DNA of 64,000 nucleotides from Camelus dromedarius (GCF_036321535.1 NC_087458.1:5828001-5892000), one strand, 5' to 3'. Shown: positions 27,218-54,397, counted from the stretch's first letter. A program made the numbers and translations. Notes: a model not told the origin generated them from the letters alone.

Positions 27218-27230
27218 TTTTTTTTTTTTT
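27218..27230 (+). terminator. Pol III oligo(dT) terminator
   Basis: T13 run starting 10 nt after the tRNA 3' end. Confidence 0.9.
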
Positions 27231-27639
27231 CGCCCTCTCCAGGACTGTGTTTTTATTTTAATTTTCTTCAGTAAATATAAACGCCATACTTCTACTTTTT
27301 CTTCCCTCAAAAATGCAGCTTTTAGAATCTGTTTTTGCCATCAGCGAGTGAAATGGGGCAAACAAGCGAAATGGAATAAAAAGGGACTTTAAGCCACTAT
27401 GAACATTACAAGTCGGGATATAGTTCACAGAGGCTAGAAACTTGAGGCAGAAGCGGATTTGAGTATATTGATTGAATCAGATGGGAAAATACTGATGCGG
27501 AGATCAGAAGGGAAACTGAGACAGCCTTTGCAAAGAGAGCTTAGAAAAAGAGAACAAGGGAAGTGACAGAAGAAAAGCGCCCGACCCATCCAATTTGCCC
27601 AGGTTTCCCTCATGTCTCTTCTTTACCCACAATGCAATC

Positions 27640-29640
27640 TCTGGCAGATTTCACCCTTAAACGAGGTTTCACAGCCACATATATAGATACATCGTAGCTG
27701 CATTTAAATCAATCACACTACTGTGGGGTTTTTTGTCTTTTCTATAATCCTGTTTCTCCCCTTTCTTACCTTCTTTTGTATTGATTAATATTTATTAGTA
27801 TTTCCTCGCTTCTGTTAATTGTAAGTTATGCACGCTTTTTCTAGTCTTTTAGTGGTTACCCTAAAATTACATGCCTCCTTGAATTAGCAAAGTCTAATTT
27901 TATGTAATACTCTTACTCTACTCTTGAAAAATGCAGGAATAATTCAATTCCATTTACCACCATCACTCCAGAATTATATATATTGTTATGTAACTCTTTT
28001 AAGTATTATATTGATGTATAATTTACTACAGCAAAATACACAGATCTTAAGCCTACAGCTCGATTAATTTTGAGTAATGTATTCTGCCCATGTAACCACC
28101 ACACAGATTAACATAAAGAATACTTTTATCACTTCAAAAAATTTGCTTATACCCTTTTGCCCTCCTCCTACAGGCAATCACCCTTCCGATTTTTATTATC
28201 ATAATTTAGTTGTGTCTGTTCGCATAAATGGACTCACATCCTATGTGCTCTTTTTTTTTTTTTTTTTGTCTAGTTTCTTTGGCTTGACACGTTTCAATAT
28301 TCTATGTTTTTGTATTTATCAGTAATTTGTCCCTTTTTATTTATGAGTAGCATTCCATTGCATAAATATTCCACAGTATATCGAGTCTCCTGTTGATGAA
28401 TTCAGGACCTCCAACTGGCTGAGACACAGGCAAACACACTCGGGTTGTTTCCAGTTTGGAGCCATTATGAACAAAGCCGCTTTGACCATTTTTGTACATG
28501 ATTCTTGTGGTCAGATGCATTTGTTTCTCTTGGGTAAGTGTACCGAATTTATGTTTACCGAATTTAAATTCCATATATATTTGCAATCTCACAAGACATT
28601 AATGCTTATTAATTAAATTAGTGGTCATTGAGATTTACCATTTTTAATGCTTTTTATTCCTTCCTGCATCCCCAACATTCATCTGGAATAATATGCCTTC
28701 AGAATTAGTGCCCATCTGCTGATTGCTAACTTTCTTGGTTTTGGTTTTTCTGAGTATGACTTTATTTCACCTTTGTTTTTGAAAGATATTTTCTCCAGAT
28801 ATAGAGTTCTAGATTGGGGGTTATTTTCTTTCAATACATTTATAATATTATTTTACTGTCTGTAGCTTCCTTTTTTTGCTGTGAAAAAAAAGTTAGTCAA
28901 ATCGTTGCTTCTTTGAAGTTCATCAATCCTCTTTTTTCTGACTTTTCTTTTTTTTGGAGTATTTTAAAGATTTCATCTTCGATTTAATTTCCTGCAGTTT
29001 CCATCTGATGGGTCTGGATATGGATTTTTTTTTTAATCTTACTTGAGGTTTGTTAAACTTCTTGAATCCATGGTTTGATGTATTTCTTTTATTTTTTAAG
29101 TTTCTCAGCCATTATCTCTTTAAATATTGCTTCTACTCTATTATTTCCCTCCCTCCTGGGTTCCAAATAAAGGCATGTCAGACTTCTTACAGTATCATTT
29201 ATATCTCTAACCCTCCCTTTTACGGTTTTCATTCCTTTTTATCCATGCTTCATTCTGAGTATCTTCTTCTGTCCTTTCTTTCAATTTATAACTTACTCCT
29301 CAGTCAAATCTAACTTTTTGTTAAACCCATCGATTGGTCCTTCATTTTAACTTTTGAATATTTCAGCTCTGGATTTTCTGTTTATTTCTAGTTTACCTTA
29401 CTCCTATTTTCCCCTAGGAGTGCAGCCTTTCAGGATCCTAACCCAAAATAGGAAGGTGGTTTACCAGGGTAATCACCTTTGGGGACACTTGGATCCTGAC
29501 TTTTGTCTCACTTGACCCATACGGCCTATTTTCTGCCACCAGTTCTGAAATCAGCAAATGATTTCGGGATAAACACTGGTCTCAACTCACTGCTTTTCTG
29601 TCCTTTCACGCTCTTACTGTCTTCCTAGTTCTTTGATTTT
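27640..29640 (-). mobile_element. Composite old L1 fragments (L1MB/L1ME-like)
   Basis: TGTAACCACCACACAGATTAACATA, TTTCCAGTTTGGAGCCATTATGAACAAAGC and TATAGAGTTCTAGATTGG L1 signatures. Subfamilies and limits approximate. Confidence 0.6.
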
Positions 29641-29752
29641 TAAAAAGCATTTCATCCAACATTTGTAGTTCTTTCAGCTCAGCTCAGAGATTGGACAAAT
29701 TATTTAGTCCACCGTTGCTGAAAGAGAAGCTCAATTACTAAATTAGATTTCT

Positions 29753-29878
29753 TTATTTTGCAGGGAGAGGTAATCATGCTTATTTATTTATTTATTTTGT
29801 TGGAGGTACTCAGGACTGAACCCAGGGCTTCGAGCATGCTAGCTGTACCCTCTACCACTGAGCTATACCCTCCCCTGT
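29753..29878 (-). mobile_element. Camelid tRNA-derived SINE (Vic-1 type)
   Basis: Reverse SINE body; 14-bp TSD TAAATTAGATTTCT (29739-29752 / 29879-29892). Confidence 0.9.
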
Positions 29879-30569
29879 TAAATTAGATTTCTAGCCTCCT
29901 CCTGAGCTCATTCCACTAAGCCAATAGCTTATTGGATACCTCCACTTGTGTATCTACAGGCAGCTCAAACCCAATAAACTGAAATTGTTATCATCCCCCC
30001 AAAACCTGCTTCTTCAGCTTCTTAACTAATGGGTCAATATCACCTAGACTTCAGTTATTTGTATGCTGTCCTTGTTCCTGAAGTCCAACTGATTCTACTT
30101 ACAAAACATCTCCCTGCAGTCAACAACACTGTATNNNNNNNNNNNNNNNNNNNNNNNNNNNNNNNNNNNNNNNNNNNNNNNNNNNNNNNNNNNNNNNNNN
30201 NNNNNNNNNNNNNNNNNNNNNNNNNNNNNNNNNNNNNNNNNNNNNNNNNNNNNNNNNNNNNNNNNCCTTGATACTGTGGTGACAGTTTCACGGGTGTATG
30301 TAAAAATCCAAACTCATCAACTTGTATATACTAAATATGCATAGCTTATGGTTTATCAATTATACCTCAATAAAACTGTTTTTTAAGACTCTCCCAATCT
30401 CTTATCTACCTCTATAGCCTCTGGAGCCCTCCTTACAGGACAAAGACGTTATGCCTGTCACACAAAAGCTTGCGTGATCTGCCCTCTGCTGCCCTTTCGT
30501 GTCTCTCCTCCTCAGTCATTCTTACATGCACACAGCTTATATTCTAGATCAGAGTAGAAAAAATATACT

Positions 30570-30860
30570 CCCCCTACAGCCAGGAATGCAAATGAGTGAA
30601 CAGGGTGAATAGGAACCGTGATGAATTGGACTCATCCATTTTGAAGTAATGGATACTTGGTATCAGCTGATTGTTCATGGAGAGATGCAGGACCTGTTCT
30701 CCAATATTTCAAGATAAGTCAGAAATCCAAATATTCATGTGCAATCTACTGATTTTTAAGTGTAGGCAATTAAATAATATTATATATGTATGACAGAGAC
30801 TGCAGGTCAAACAAAACATGTCTGCTGTCTGAAGTTGGTCCATGGGCTACTGTTTGCTCT
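30570..30860. mobile_element. MER102-like hAT relic
   Basis: CAGAAATCCAAATATTCATGTGCAATCT...GGTCAAACAAAACATGTCTGC...GTTTGC terminal region. Confidence 0.5.
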
Positions 30861-31687
30861 AGACCATTAGAATATTCAAAATTCTCCTAAGTATATGGGA
30901 AACATACTTCAATATTGTGATCTCTCTGCACAGAATACCTTTCTCAACCTCCTATCCTTGTTGAATTATTACTCTTTGGAGATTTTCCTGGTCCCACTGC
31001 AAGCAAAATAGTCCTTTCCTGGGCCTCTTTCTGGACTTGCTGCCAGGTCCAGAGAATTTACCCATCTCTCTGATGTAGTGCTTAACTGTATTACATTACA
31101 TCTATCTGTCCCAAATAGAGTTCCTCCGAGGTACGGTATATATATAAAATCATCTTTACGCCCTCAGCATCTGGCCTGTGCTTGACGGGTACTAGGTCCT
31201 CTGGGACTCTTTGCTGTATTAAAGAAGTTTACTAATCTTTAGTCCTGCCTAGGTACAGGAGTAGAGAGGTTGGCAGCGCAATATCGTCAATGACTCCAGC
31301 TGACCATTAGAGGGCAGACTAATTTCACCGGCTGTCCGGCCAGCAGCCCAGCCGTCAAGGACCCCAAAACCCTCTCCCCAATTTTAGTCTCCAACGGGTC
31401 ATTTCCAACACCGTGCCCCACCGCTCCCACAAATCCCATTCTTAATAATCCTCCTCAACACAAAGCAAACACACACGCCGGGAGCGGCCCTGAGGTCACA
31501 CCTTTTTAACCCCTCCAGCCACCTACAAGCTCTCCCTCTTACTTCCTACAACCTTCTGAGAACTAAAGAGTTAACTCCGCCCTTCCACCTAATGCTTTTC
31601 CTCGCTAATCCGCTCAATCTGAAAGCTAGGGGTGGGTGAGACCCTAGACGGACTGGTCACGGGGACCCTGGATTCATCTACTTTTAA

Positions 31688-44947
<13,260 letters not shown>

Positions 44948-45508
44948 CCTGCCTCCCTCCTGGCCTTTCACACCTCCCTTCCCAGTGCCAGAGGTGACAG
45001 ATAGGTGCCAGGCCTCAGCCTCGCCCACAGCAGCCCCACCATTGCCAAAGAAGTAGTTTCCACAGTTCAGGTGTGCTGACCTCGGTGGAGACACCAGATA
45101 TTACCTCTGGAAGAGGACTGGTTTGGGGGAGAACTTGGAGCTCACAGGACTGGACCAGAACTCCCAGTCACGCCCAGCAACACACGTAGGCACACGCACC
45201 CGCTCTCCACCCTGACTCAGGCCCAGCCAGGCTGGGGTGTGGATTCCTGGGTCCCCCTGCCCTTCCCTGTGCCCTCCTCCTGCAACCTTGCTGCGCTGTG
45301 ACTTTTATGAGGAGGGGGAAGAGCCCCCAAGGGGGAACAGGAAAGGACTCTAGGTGAATCTAGGGGGCAAGAGGAGTCCACACCTGGGCCGAGCCCACAG
45401 GGGCCGCAAACAACCCCTGTGCCCTACTGCCCAACAGTGCACAGGGGACAAGGGGCAGGCACAGGGGCTGTGGGCCTGTAGGCCTTGATTCTCCTGTGAA
45501 TGGAGACC

Positions 45509-45514
45509 ATTAAA
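45509..45514 (+). terminator. NPR1 poly(A) signal ATTAAA
   Basis: About 560 nt after the stop, followed by GT/T-rich downstream sequence. Confidence 0.7.
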
Positions 45515-45704
45515 ATCTTTATTCCAGTGAGAGTGTCTTTTCTTGAGGGAGAGAGGGTTGCCAGAAAACAGCTATATTCTCCACCCTCTACTTCAAACAA
45601 GACACGTTTCTCAAGGTGGGAACGCAGTATCTGAAAAAGGCGCGGTTCCCCTTCCAGTCTGAGGAGTGAAACAGCGTAAGGATTATTCCAGCCAGGCCAA
45701 CGCT

Positions 45705-46134
45705 GTTGTTGGTCTCAGGACCACAGCCACCCCCTTAAGAATTACTGAGGGCCCCCAAGAGCTTTTGTTTCTGTGGGTGACAGCTATCAACATATTCTGT
45801 ATTAGAAATTAAAACAAATCTTTATTACTCACTTAAAGTAACTATAATAAACCCCTCACATGGTAATCTTTTGCTGCTTTATAAAGGACTTTCTTAAGAG
45901 AAACTGACTTTTTTGGAAGACTACCAGGTCTAGTTTGGTGCTACTGCCTTGATTTATGCTAAGACACTAGCAGGTTTACCCCCATTGTTTTTGCACCATC
46001 AGTGTAAATATCAACACAGTCAATAAGGCAAATAATCCATCAGCAGGATTATAAAAATCCGTTTGACCTCATCCATCCCCTGAAAGGATCTTGGAGACTC
46101 ACCAAATCCGTGGACCGCAATTTGAGAACTGCTG
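45705..46134. mobile_element. Charlie1-type hAT transposon deletion derivative
   Basis: GAGGGCCCCCAAGAGCTTTTGTTT...TTAGAAATTAAAAC and TTGCACCATCAGTGTAAAT...TTTGAGAACTGCTG. Confidence 0.65.
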
Positions 46135-48464
46135 TGTTACCCAATGCCCAGCATGCAGTAGGAATATAATGAGTGTGGACTGAATGGAGAGTCCTGGCAT
46201 CTACCCCAGGAGGCCTGGGAGCCAAGAAGGAGGGTTTGGGTGGGGACACATGGATCCCTTTTTACCGCAATTGAAATTTGGGAATTGTCCACCTGCCCGT
46301 GCACTCCCATGGTGTAGACAAACACGAGAGATGGTTTACAGAATAACTCTCAGTTGGGCTAAGGGCCCTCCTTTCCCTGCTCCAGCCACCCACCCCACCC
46401 CCTTCCTGAGCAGGCAGGCAGGAATGCGAATGCGGGGGAGAGGTGGCTGCAGCTTCACCTCCCCCATGGGGAAAGAAAGTGCCAGACATTTCTTCAGTAC
46501 CATCCATCAAGTGCCGACAGGCCCCTCCTCCGACCTCCCCAAGCGTCTTCCTGGAGTCCACACCCAGTGGGACTGGAGGTCTGCCTTCAAGACAGTGCTC
46601 CCGAGACACCAGTGGTGGTCTTGGGTGAAGAAAGGATGATTGTCCTCCGTCTTGTCTAGTGGCTCTTCCTGAGGTCCTCCACCCTTTCTGGCTTCAGTCA
46701 GATTTGATTTATTGGGAGTGGGAGCCAACACGGTCAAGTCCTCACCCTCCTCAGCTGGGGAGGAATAGGTCTGGGAAGGCCTGACAGAAGGATGGTTGCC
46801 CGGGTAACCACAGCATACCCCACTTCCCGGTGGGCCCTGGTGGCCACGTTGACTCCCAAGCTCCCATTCTTCTTCCCAGGAGTAGTGACAGGCCCAGAAG
46901 AGACTGGAGATGCTAAAGAGAACGGTGGGATCTAAGAAGTTGGATCAGGGTGGGGGCTGGGATATCCAGATAGACTGGGGCTTTGGGGAGGGGAGACTGT
47001 CAGAGATGAGGTGGGGAAGGTGGGGCGGGGAGCTGATTGACTGAGGAGCCCCAGTAAGACAATTCTAGGAAATTGCCGGTCAGATCCTTCCGGGGCAGCC
47101 TGGCTCCACTGCGGGCACTTGGAGGGGAGGGGGCTGGGGGGGAGTGGGCGTGCGGAGAGGCCCAAGGAGTCGATGACTTCAGCAGCTCGAGAACTTTCAC
47201 TGGAACTGCGGAGATTTCCTTCCGGAGGAAGGGCCCCGAAGCCAGGAAGAACTGGGAAAGCCATTACTGCGGGGAGGTGGGGTGGGGGCGGTCTGAGGGC
47301 AGCGGGAGCGCCTCTCCGGCTCGCCCGGGAGACCGGTTTGCGCCAGGACCTCCGCCCACGTGGGAGGGGCTGTCTAGCCTCGCAGAGTTTCCCCGGGCTG
47401 TCCTGCGGACTAAGTCTGGGAGGGGTGAGGGGCGACAGGCTTTCCCTGGAGTATGGTTAAGAATAATAACAGTAATCATTGGCATTCAGTTGTGCCTCGT
47501 AGTTGACAAAGGCTTTCACACACGTTATCTCATCAGCCCACGTGACACCCTTGGAAGAGGAGGGCGGGGAGTGCAGCTGGAGGTAGGAGGGCCCAGCTGA
47601 GGTCCAGCTGTAACTAGGAGGACCCAGTGGAGACGGAACCCCAGCCTAACCAGCCCTGCACAACAAGGCTGGGACTCGGGAAAAAATAGACCTGACAGAG
47701 AAAGACAAATGTCCTTCTCCGACCCGCTGTTACATCTACGTCAAACAGCTTGGGTAATCTATTTATTACAGCAGTGCATTTAGCGATCATTATTTTTTTT
47801 TAATGATTTATATTTCAGATCCATGGAACCTAATTAGCAGTGGAGGCCAGTTTGCAGCCTGAAAGTCATTTTCTAATTAAATTGCAGGAGCTGTAGAAAT
47901 ATAAAAATAAATAAATTAACCGCAAGAAAATACCTAATGCTGTCCAGGGAGATTGACTCTCACTGGAACACAAGTAAGATTGCAGGCAAGGTGTTTACCA
48001 CCGAGATGCAGATGAATTTGGTGGGGCACAAAGCAGAGGCGAGGATGCTGGTGAGGAGATGGGGCCATAGGAAGAGGTTAGGGCGGGAACCTGCTTGACT
48101 GTAGTGCTAACCTAAGGTTTAGTGAGGCGGCCCAGATAGGAAGCAAAATCCACCTACCCGTTCCGGGTCACACACATTGTACCAGTGAGTAAGTGACTGG
48201 GCTGGTTGCTTTTTAAGAACCTACATCTGTTCATCACTGTGGCAACCCTTCTGGGCTTTCTGCAACTATCCCACAGGTATTCTCTTGTCTTTGGCTTTCA
48301 GATGCAGACTGCATATGGCATCGCTTGGTTGTTGGTAATGTCCTGTGATCTGGTCAGCTTATCTTGTCTCAGCCCACCAAATGCCCAGCAGGCCAGAATC
48401 AGGCCAAAATACTACACAGATCTCAGTATTCAGAAGTGGAGCAGTTTCAAGCCTCTATCAAATG

Positions 48465-48720
48465 AGAGGCAGCATGGTGCTAGTTAAAGAGACTAACTCA
48501 GGATTCAAATCCCAGCTCTGCCACCCATAATCCGTGGAATCTTGGGCAAATTCCTCAACTTCTCTAAGCCTCAGTTTTCTGCTCTTAACACGGGAACGAT
48601 CATAATAAAACCTACCCCACAGGGTTGCTTGGAGGGTTACATGAGTTGATTTTCCCTGTTGTATCCTTAGAGCACTGACTGGCAGGTAATAAGAACTAGG
48701 TAAGTGTTTGCTAATGTCGT
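48465..48720 (+). mobile_element. MIR, near full length
   Basis: GAGAGGCAGCATGG...TCAAATCCCAGCTCTGCCAC...CTTGGGCAAATTCCTCAACTTCTCTAAGCCTCAGTTTT. Confidence 0.8.
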
Positions 48721-49945
48721 TAAGAGTCTGCATTAGATGAACCATGATGCCATGTGTAGGGCATTCCTGACGTCCAGAGGACAGCTGGCAGTGAGACGCA
48801 GCCATGATCAGACCCCTCAATGAGAAGTAAGATCTAAAAATCTTAGAAGAAAAAGTAGGAGTTATGTACTCCAACTTCCTATCCAGGGCTGAAATCCTTT
48901 TTAAAATATCTGTGTTCTATTGGAAAACTTTCAGGGACTTGGAACTAAGACCATTCTTTTTTTGAACAGCTGTACTTAGAATATTCTTCCTGACAGAAGA
49001 TGGAGATATTTCAGTCATCAGAATTCCTTTTGAGGGAACCATATTTGTTGATGGACTAAGGGGTGTACCCCTTCCACTGCCATCTAAGGAAAGCGCACCT
49101 TGTTGGTGGAGAGTCCTTTGTTTTGCTGAGCTTAAATATCATCTTCAGTTAAAACCAAAATTCCTTAAGTCATTTATTGTGTTGATGTGGTCATGGCCTA
49201 GACTGAATTTGAACTTCAAGGGTTTTTTCCCTATATAGATGCAGTTTTTATTTTTCTCTACTTTCTTCTCTCTTTCTGTTCTTCCTTCCCTTCCTCTCTC
49301 CTTTCCCCTTCCCNNNNNNNNNNNNNNNNNNNNNNNNNNNNNNNNNNNNNNNNNNNNNNNNNNNNNNNNNNNNNNNNNNNNNNNNNNNNNNNNNNNNNNN
49401 NNNNNNNNNNNNNNNNNNNNNNNNNNNNNNNNNNNNNNNNNNNNNNNNNNNNNNNNNNNNNNNNNNNNNNNNNNNNNNNNNNNNNNNNNNNNNNNNNNNN
49501 NNNNNNNNTCCTCTGGGTCTTCTAAAAACAAGCCATGCAATTTTTTTTCACATCTCCCAAGAATCACAAAATTTTAAAGCTGGCCAAGCCATCTAATAGA
49601 AACTTAAAGAAAAAAAAAAGACTAATGACTTTATTGTTTTCTAGAAATGACATGCACTCATACAGAGGTGCAGAGAAGAAGTTAAAATCACCCCAAAATC
49701 TGCCTTTGAAATAGTTATTGCTAACATTTGATGAACATCATTCCAATGTGAACTAGAAATTGTTTGATGTTGGATATTTAATATCAACTCCCTTTATATT
49801 TATAGAAAAGCCAGTCTGCCTCTTGCCTCTTCTGCTGGCCCTGGCACTGCCATTCCTAGCCATGTAAAAGTCTAGTCTCTTCCAACAGCACTGCCTGCCT
49901 CCCCACCTCCCCCACCACCTGCCCCCAAATATGACATCTCTAGTT

Positions 49946-50030
49946 GGGGAAGGGTACAGCTCAGTGGTAGAGCACACGTGCAGGAGGTCCTGGGTCCAAT
50001 CCCAGTACCTCTACTGAAAAACAAACAAAA
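49946..50030 (+). mobile_element. Camelid tRNA-derived SINE, diverged and internally deleted
   Basis: GGGGAAGGGTACAGCTCAGTGGTAGAGC...GAGGTCCTGGGTCCAATCCCAGTACCTC plus A-rich tail. Confidence 0.8.
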
Positions 50031-50479
50031 GCCATAACATCACAGGTTTCTTTAGAGATTTCTCCAAGGTTCAGCTCTGAGCTCTGTACCATTCTGGGTG
50101 AGCTTCTGTGGGTTCATCCTGATTTGTCCACATCCTTTGACAGCCTGCCTCTTGGTCTGGAGCAGAATCATCCAGGTGCAGTCTGAGGAGTGCAGAGAGC
50201 AGGCAACCACCACACCTCCTGGCATCTGCCACATAACGGGTGATTATGGAATTTGGCCACACATACCCCTCCCTCCCTCCACCTCCAGTTTTTCTCACAT
50301 TGCTGCTGTTAATCCAAGTCTCTCCCAACCTCTTCTCTGTTACATTTTAAAGTGAAAAATACCTGTTTTACTAAAGATTTCACATAGGAGATGGGGAAGA
50401 GGAGAGAGCACAGTATTTCTACCTAAAAACTCCATTAGACAGGTTTCTTGTCTCCTCAAAGTCCCTCTCCAGCTGGCCC

Positions 50480-51685
50480 CCAGCCAGGATGGGTCTAGTT
50501 TTTGTGGGGCATGAAGTGCATACATTTGGTGGACTCTGTTTAAGAAAAAAAGACAAACTTAAGTATGAAATATTTAATTAGAATGTGAAAATAAGTCACA
50601 AGTCACAAATCTAAAATTTCAAAAAATTGGCAAATATTCAAACGTGTCAAAACCTAGAAAAATAACATTAACTTGCCTGGCAGATGTCTGTAATACTGCA
50701 TCCTTCTGTTCTTGTTGCATATTCTTTGGTTGCCTTTTCATATGACAACGATTTCATAATATCATTTTCTATGGAGGGAACAGAGAGGTAAATTCAGCCT
50801 TTCCTCTAGCAAAGTTAAGTGACATTTATTTATTTATTTATTTTTGTGAAATTTATTTTTTACTATCAGTAAGTGGGATGCATAAAACACGAAACTTCCT
50901 ATACAAACTTGTAAAACAAATAATACAAAATTGTAATACTGCTGCAAGTTCATGCCCTGGAGCAGAAGCTCTGATGCTAAAATATAGTTTGCACAATTTC
51001 TATCAAAAATGAAAAAAAAGATATATTTATAATTATATACTACATAACTGAGTATATTCCTGATAGGGAAGGACTTCTGTTTTGACTAGGCATCAATGAA
51101 AGTCGAATTCTCCTTTTCTAATTTTATACATCTGATGATTGGCAAGATTTTCCATAGGCTAGTTTCTGGCTCTGTGTACTTCAAAACTGGTTTCTCCTCT
51201 ACTAACCACATGCTTTCAGTGCTCAGCATAAAGGATATGTTCACATCCTATGTTCCAATAGCCTCTGACCCTGTGCCTGTCATAATGCTGGGTGAGTCTG
51301 CCTAGTCCATGGCAGAGGACTCCTGAAAGCTATTTCTACACAGAAGTGGTTAGCAACAACTGTGCATGAAGGGGACTGCAAATTATGAAAATATACCCCA
51401 TTGAACTGAAATGAAATGTATTCTCAACCAAACCTCACCTTAGCCAGATCACCAGAATGCCTCTGGTCTCTCTCCTACTATACAGAAGAAGAGGAAGCCT
51501 GCAGAGGGGCACGAGTGGAAAAAAAGTGGTCTCAGCAAATTATAGCTAAAATAGCTCCCTTTTGCAAATGTTACAAACACACATGAGCACGTTGCTAGAC
51601 CCCCTCCCAGGCCTTGGAAGCAGTCAGTGCAAGTAAGTAGCTCTGAACACTAAGCTTTATCAGTTCCGTATTAAATCTGCCTCTT
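50480..51685. mobile_element. hAT-Tip100-type DNA transposon relic (Arthur1-like; family uncertain)
   Basis: CCTTTTCATATGACAACGATTT..., GGCTAGTTTCTGGCTCTGT... and terminal CCCCTCCCAGGCCTTGGAAG...AAATCTGCCTCT blocks recalled from this family. Confidence 0.5.
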
Positions 51686-52309
51686 CTATCTCCAGCCCTT
51701 CCCTAAAATTCCCCAGAATCCAGTTCCTAGAGGACCACAGCACCCAACCCTTGTTTAATTGAGATGTAACTGACGTATAACATATTAGTTTCAGGTGTAC
51801 AACATGATTCAATACTTGTGTACACTGTGAAACAATCACCACAATAAGTCTGGTTAGCATCCATCACTATACAGAGTTACAATTATTTTTCTTGCGATGA
51901 GAACTTTGAAGATCTATTCTCTTAGCAAGTTTCAAATAGGCACTACAGTATCATTTACTATAGTCACCCTGCTGTGCCTTATATCCCCATGACATTTATT
52001 TTATAACTGAAAGTTGGTATCTTTTAGCCATTTTGCCATCTCCACCCCCACCTCTGGCAACCACCAATCTGTTCTCCTTATCTATAAATTCAGAGGGTTT
52101 TTTTTATTTTTGTTTGTTTTAGAGTCCACATATGCAATTTTGGGCATTTGTCTTTCTCTAATTTATTTCACTTAGCATAATGCCCTCAAGGTCTATCCAT
52201 GTGGTCTTTTTTTTTTAAATTTGCATTCTTCTTTATTGAAGTATAGTCAGTTTACAGTGTCATCCATGTTGTCTTTTTTCTGAATATTTTATTTATTATT
52301 GTATTATTT

Positions 52310-52438
52310 AATTATTTTATTTTGGCAGGGGAGGAGACAATTAGGTTTATTTATTTTTAGAGGAGGTACTGGGGATTGAACCCAGGACCTCATGCATGCT
52401 AAGCATGCACTCTACCACTTGAGCTATACTCTCCCCCC
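52310..52438 (-). mobile_element. Camelid tRNA-derived SINE (Vic-1 type)
   Basis: GAGGTACTGGGGATTGAACCCAGGACCTCATGCATGCTAAGCATGCACTCTACCACTTGAGCTATACTCTCCCC. Confidence 0.9.
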
Positions 52439-54397
52439 ATGTGGNNNNNNNNNNNNNNNNNNNNNNNNNNNNNNNNNNNNNNNNNNNNNNNNNNNNNNNN
52501 NNNNNNNNNNNNNNNNNNNNNNNNNNNNNNNNNNNNNNNNNNNNNNNNNNNNNNNNNNNNNNNNNNNNNNNNNNNNNNNNNNNNTGCATATATTTTCAAG
52601 TTAATGTTTTCTTTTCCTTCAGATCAATACCCAGAAGTGGAATTGATGGATCACATGGTAGTCTACCTCTTTTAAAATAAACGAATTGAATTTTAAAGTC
52701 AGCAATTACACAGTTCAAGAATAAAATATGTATATAAAGATATGCAATGAAAAGTTTCTTTTGCATCTGCCCTGTTGTCATCTATACCCACATACATATA
52801 AGTAAGCACTTCCATTAACTTTCTTTTCGTCCTTACCAGTTTCTTTATGTGAACATGAGCACACACAAATATTTATTATGTTTTCCCCTCTCTTACATAA
52901 AAAGTAGCATCTTGCTTAGCTCACTTAATAATGTATCTTGGGACTCTTTCCATTTCAGTTTGGAAAGAGCTTCCTTATTATTTTTGAGCTGCATAGTATT
53001 AATTTTGTGGATATTGTCATAATCTATTAACCTAGTTGATGGACGTTTACATGTTTTCAATCTTCTGCTGTTATATATAAGACTGTGATGTTTAACCTCA
53101 TATCTATACCTCATGTTTCATGCAATGTATCTTCAAGGTAAACTCCTAGAAGTGGGACTGCTGAGCAGAGGGTATATGTGTTTGTAGGTTTTATATCTAT
53201 TTCAAATTGTCCCTAGATAGGGTTTACCAACCTGCACACCCACCAGCAAAGTGGGTGACTAATAAGTGTAACTAATTCCCTCAAACTTCAACAACTGTTT
53301 TCAAACTTTGGAATTTTTGCCAACCCGACAGATGAAAACTAGTGTCTCAGTTTAGCTTCATTTGCTCCATTAAAAATTTTGAGATAAAACATATATATAG
53401 TAAAATGTACAGCTCAAAAAAATTTACCTATGTATGCCATCACCCAAATAAACTGTATAACCATCACCCAAATAAAGATCTGACTCTTCCTAGCACCTCA
53501 GAAGCCTCCTTCATGTCCCTTCCCAATCAGTACCTCTCCCAACCTTCACCCTCTGAGAGTTAATTATTCTCCTATTGGTATAGATAACTTTTAGTATTCT
53601 TGAACTTTACATACATGAAATGATAGAATATATACTTAGTGTACCTGCTGTGTCCAGATTCTTTTTTTTTTTTAAGAGCACTTTGAGGTCCCAGCAAAGC
53701 TGAGGGGAAGGTACGGAGATTCCCTACATACCCTCTGCCCCGACACATTCATAGCCTCCCCCACTATCAACATCCTACACCAGATTTGTACATTTGTAAC
53801 AACTGATAAACCTACTTTGACACATTATTATCATCCAAAGTCCATAGTTTACCTTGGGGCTCACTCTTGGTGTTGCACACTCTCTGGGTTTGGACTACGG
53901 TATAATGACATGTGTATCCATCATTATAATAGCATACTGAGCACTTTCACTGCCCTAAACATTTTCTCTGTTCTGCTTATTCATCCCTCCATTCCCTCCA
54001 CCCACCGGCAACCACTGATCTTTTTATTGTCTGCACAGTTTTGCGTTTTCCAGAATGACATAAAGTTGAAATCATACAGTATGTATGTAGCATTTTCAGA
54101 ATGGCTTCTTTCACTTCGCAATATGCATTTAAGGTTCCTCCATGTCTTTTCATGGCTTGATACCTCATTTAATTTTGGTGCTGTGTCTGGATTGTTTCCA
54201 TCAACATTATGTCTGTGAGATGAATTCAATGTTGTGAAAGTAATGGAGTTTGGTTTTTTACCACTATATAGTATTCCATTGTATAAATATATCTGTAATT
54301 ATTTATCCTTTCTATTGTTGATGGGCGTTTGGATTGCTTCCAGGTTTTTTTTAAGATTTTATTTTTTTTAGAGTAGCTTTAGGTTCACATTGTTTCT

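Noticed and set aside
31113-31130. AAATAGAGTTC resembling the NPR1 cGMP-response element
   Set aside because: Only the 5' half matches the recalled consensus; the AACA(G/T)T half is absent.
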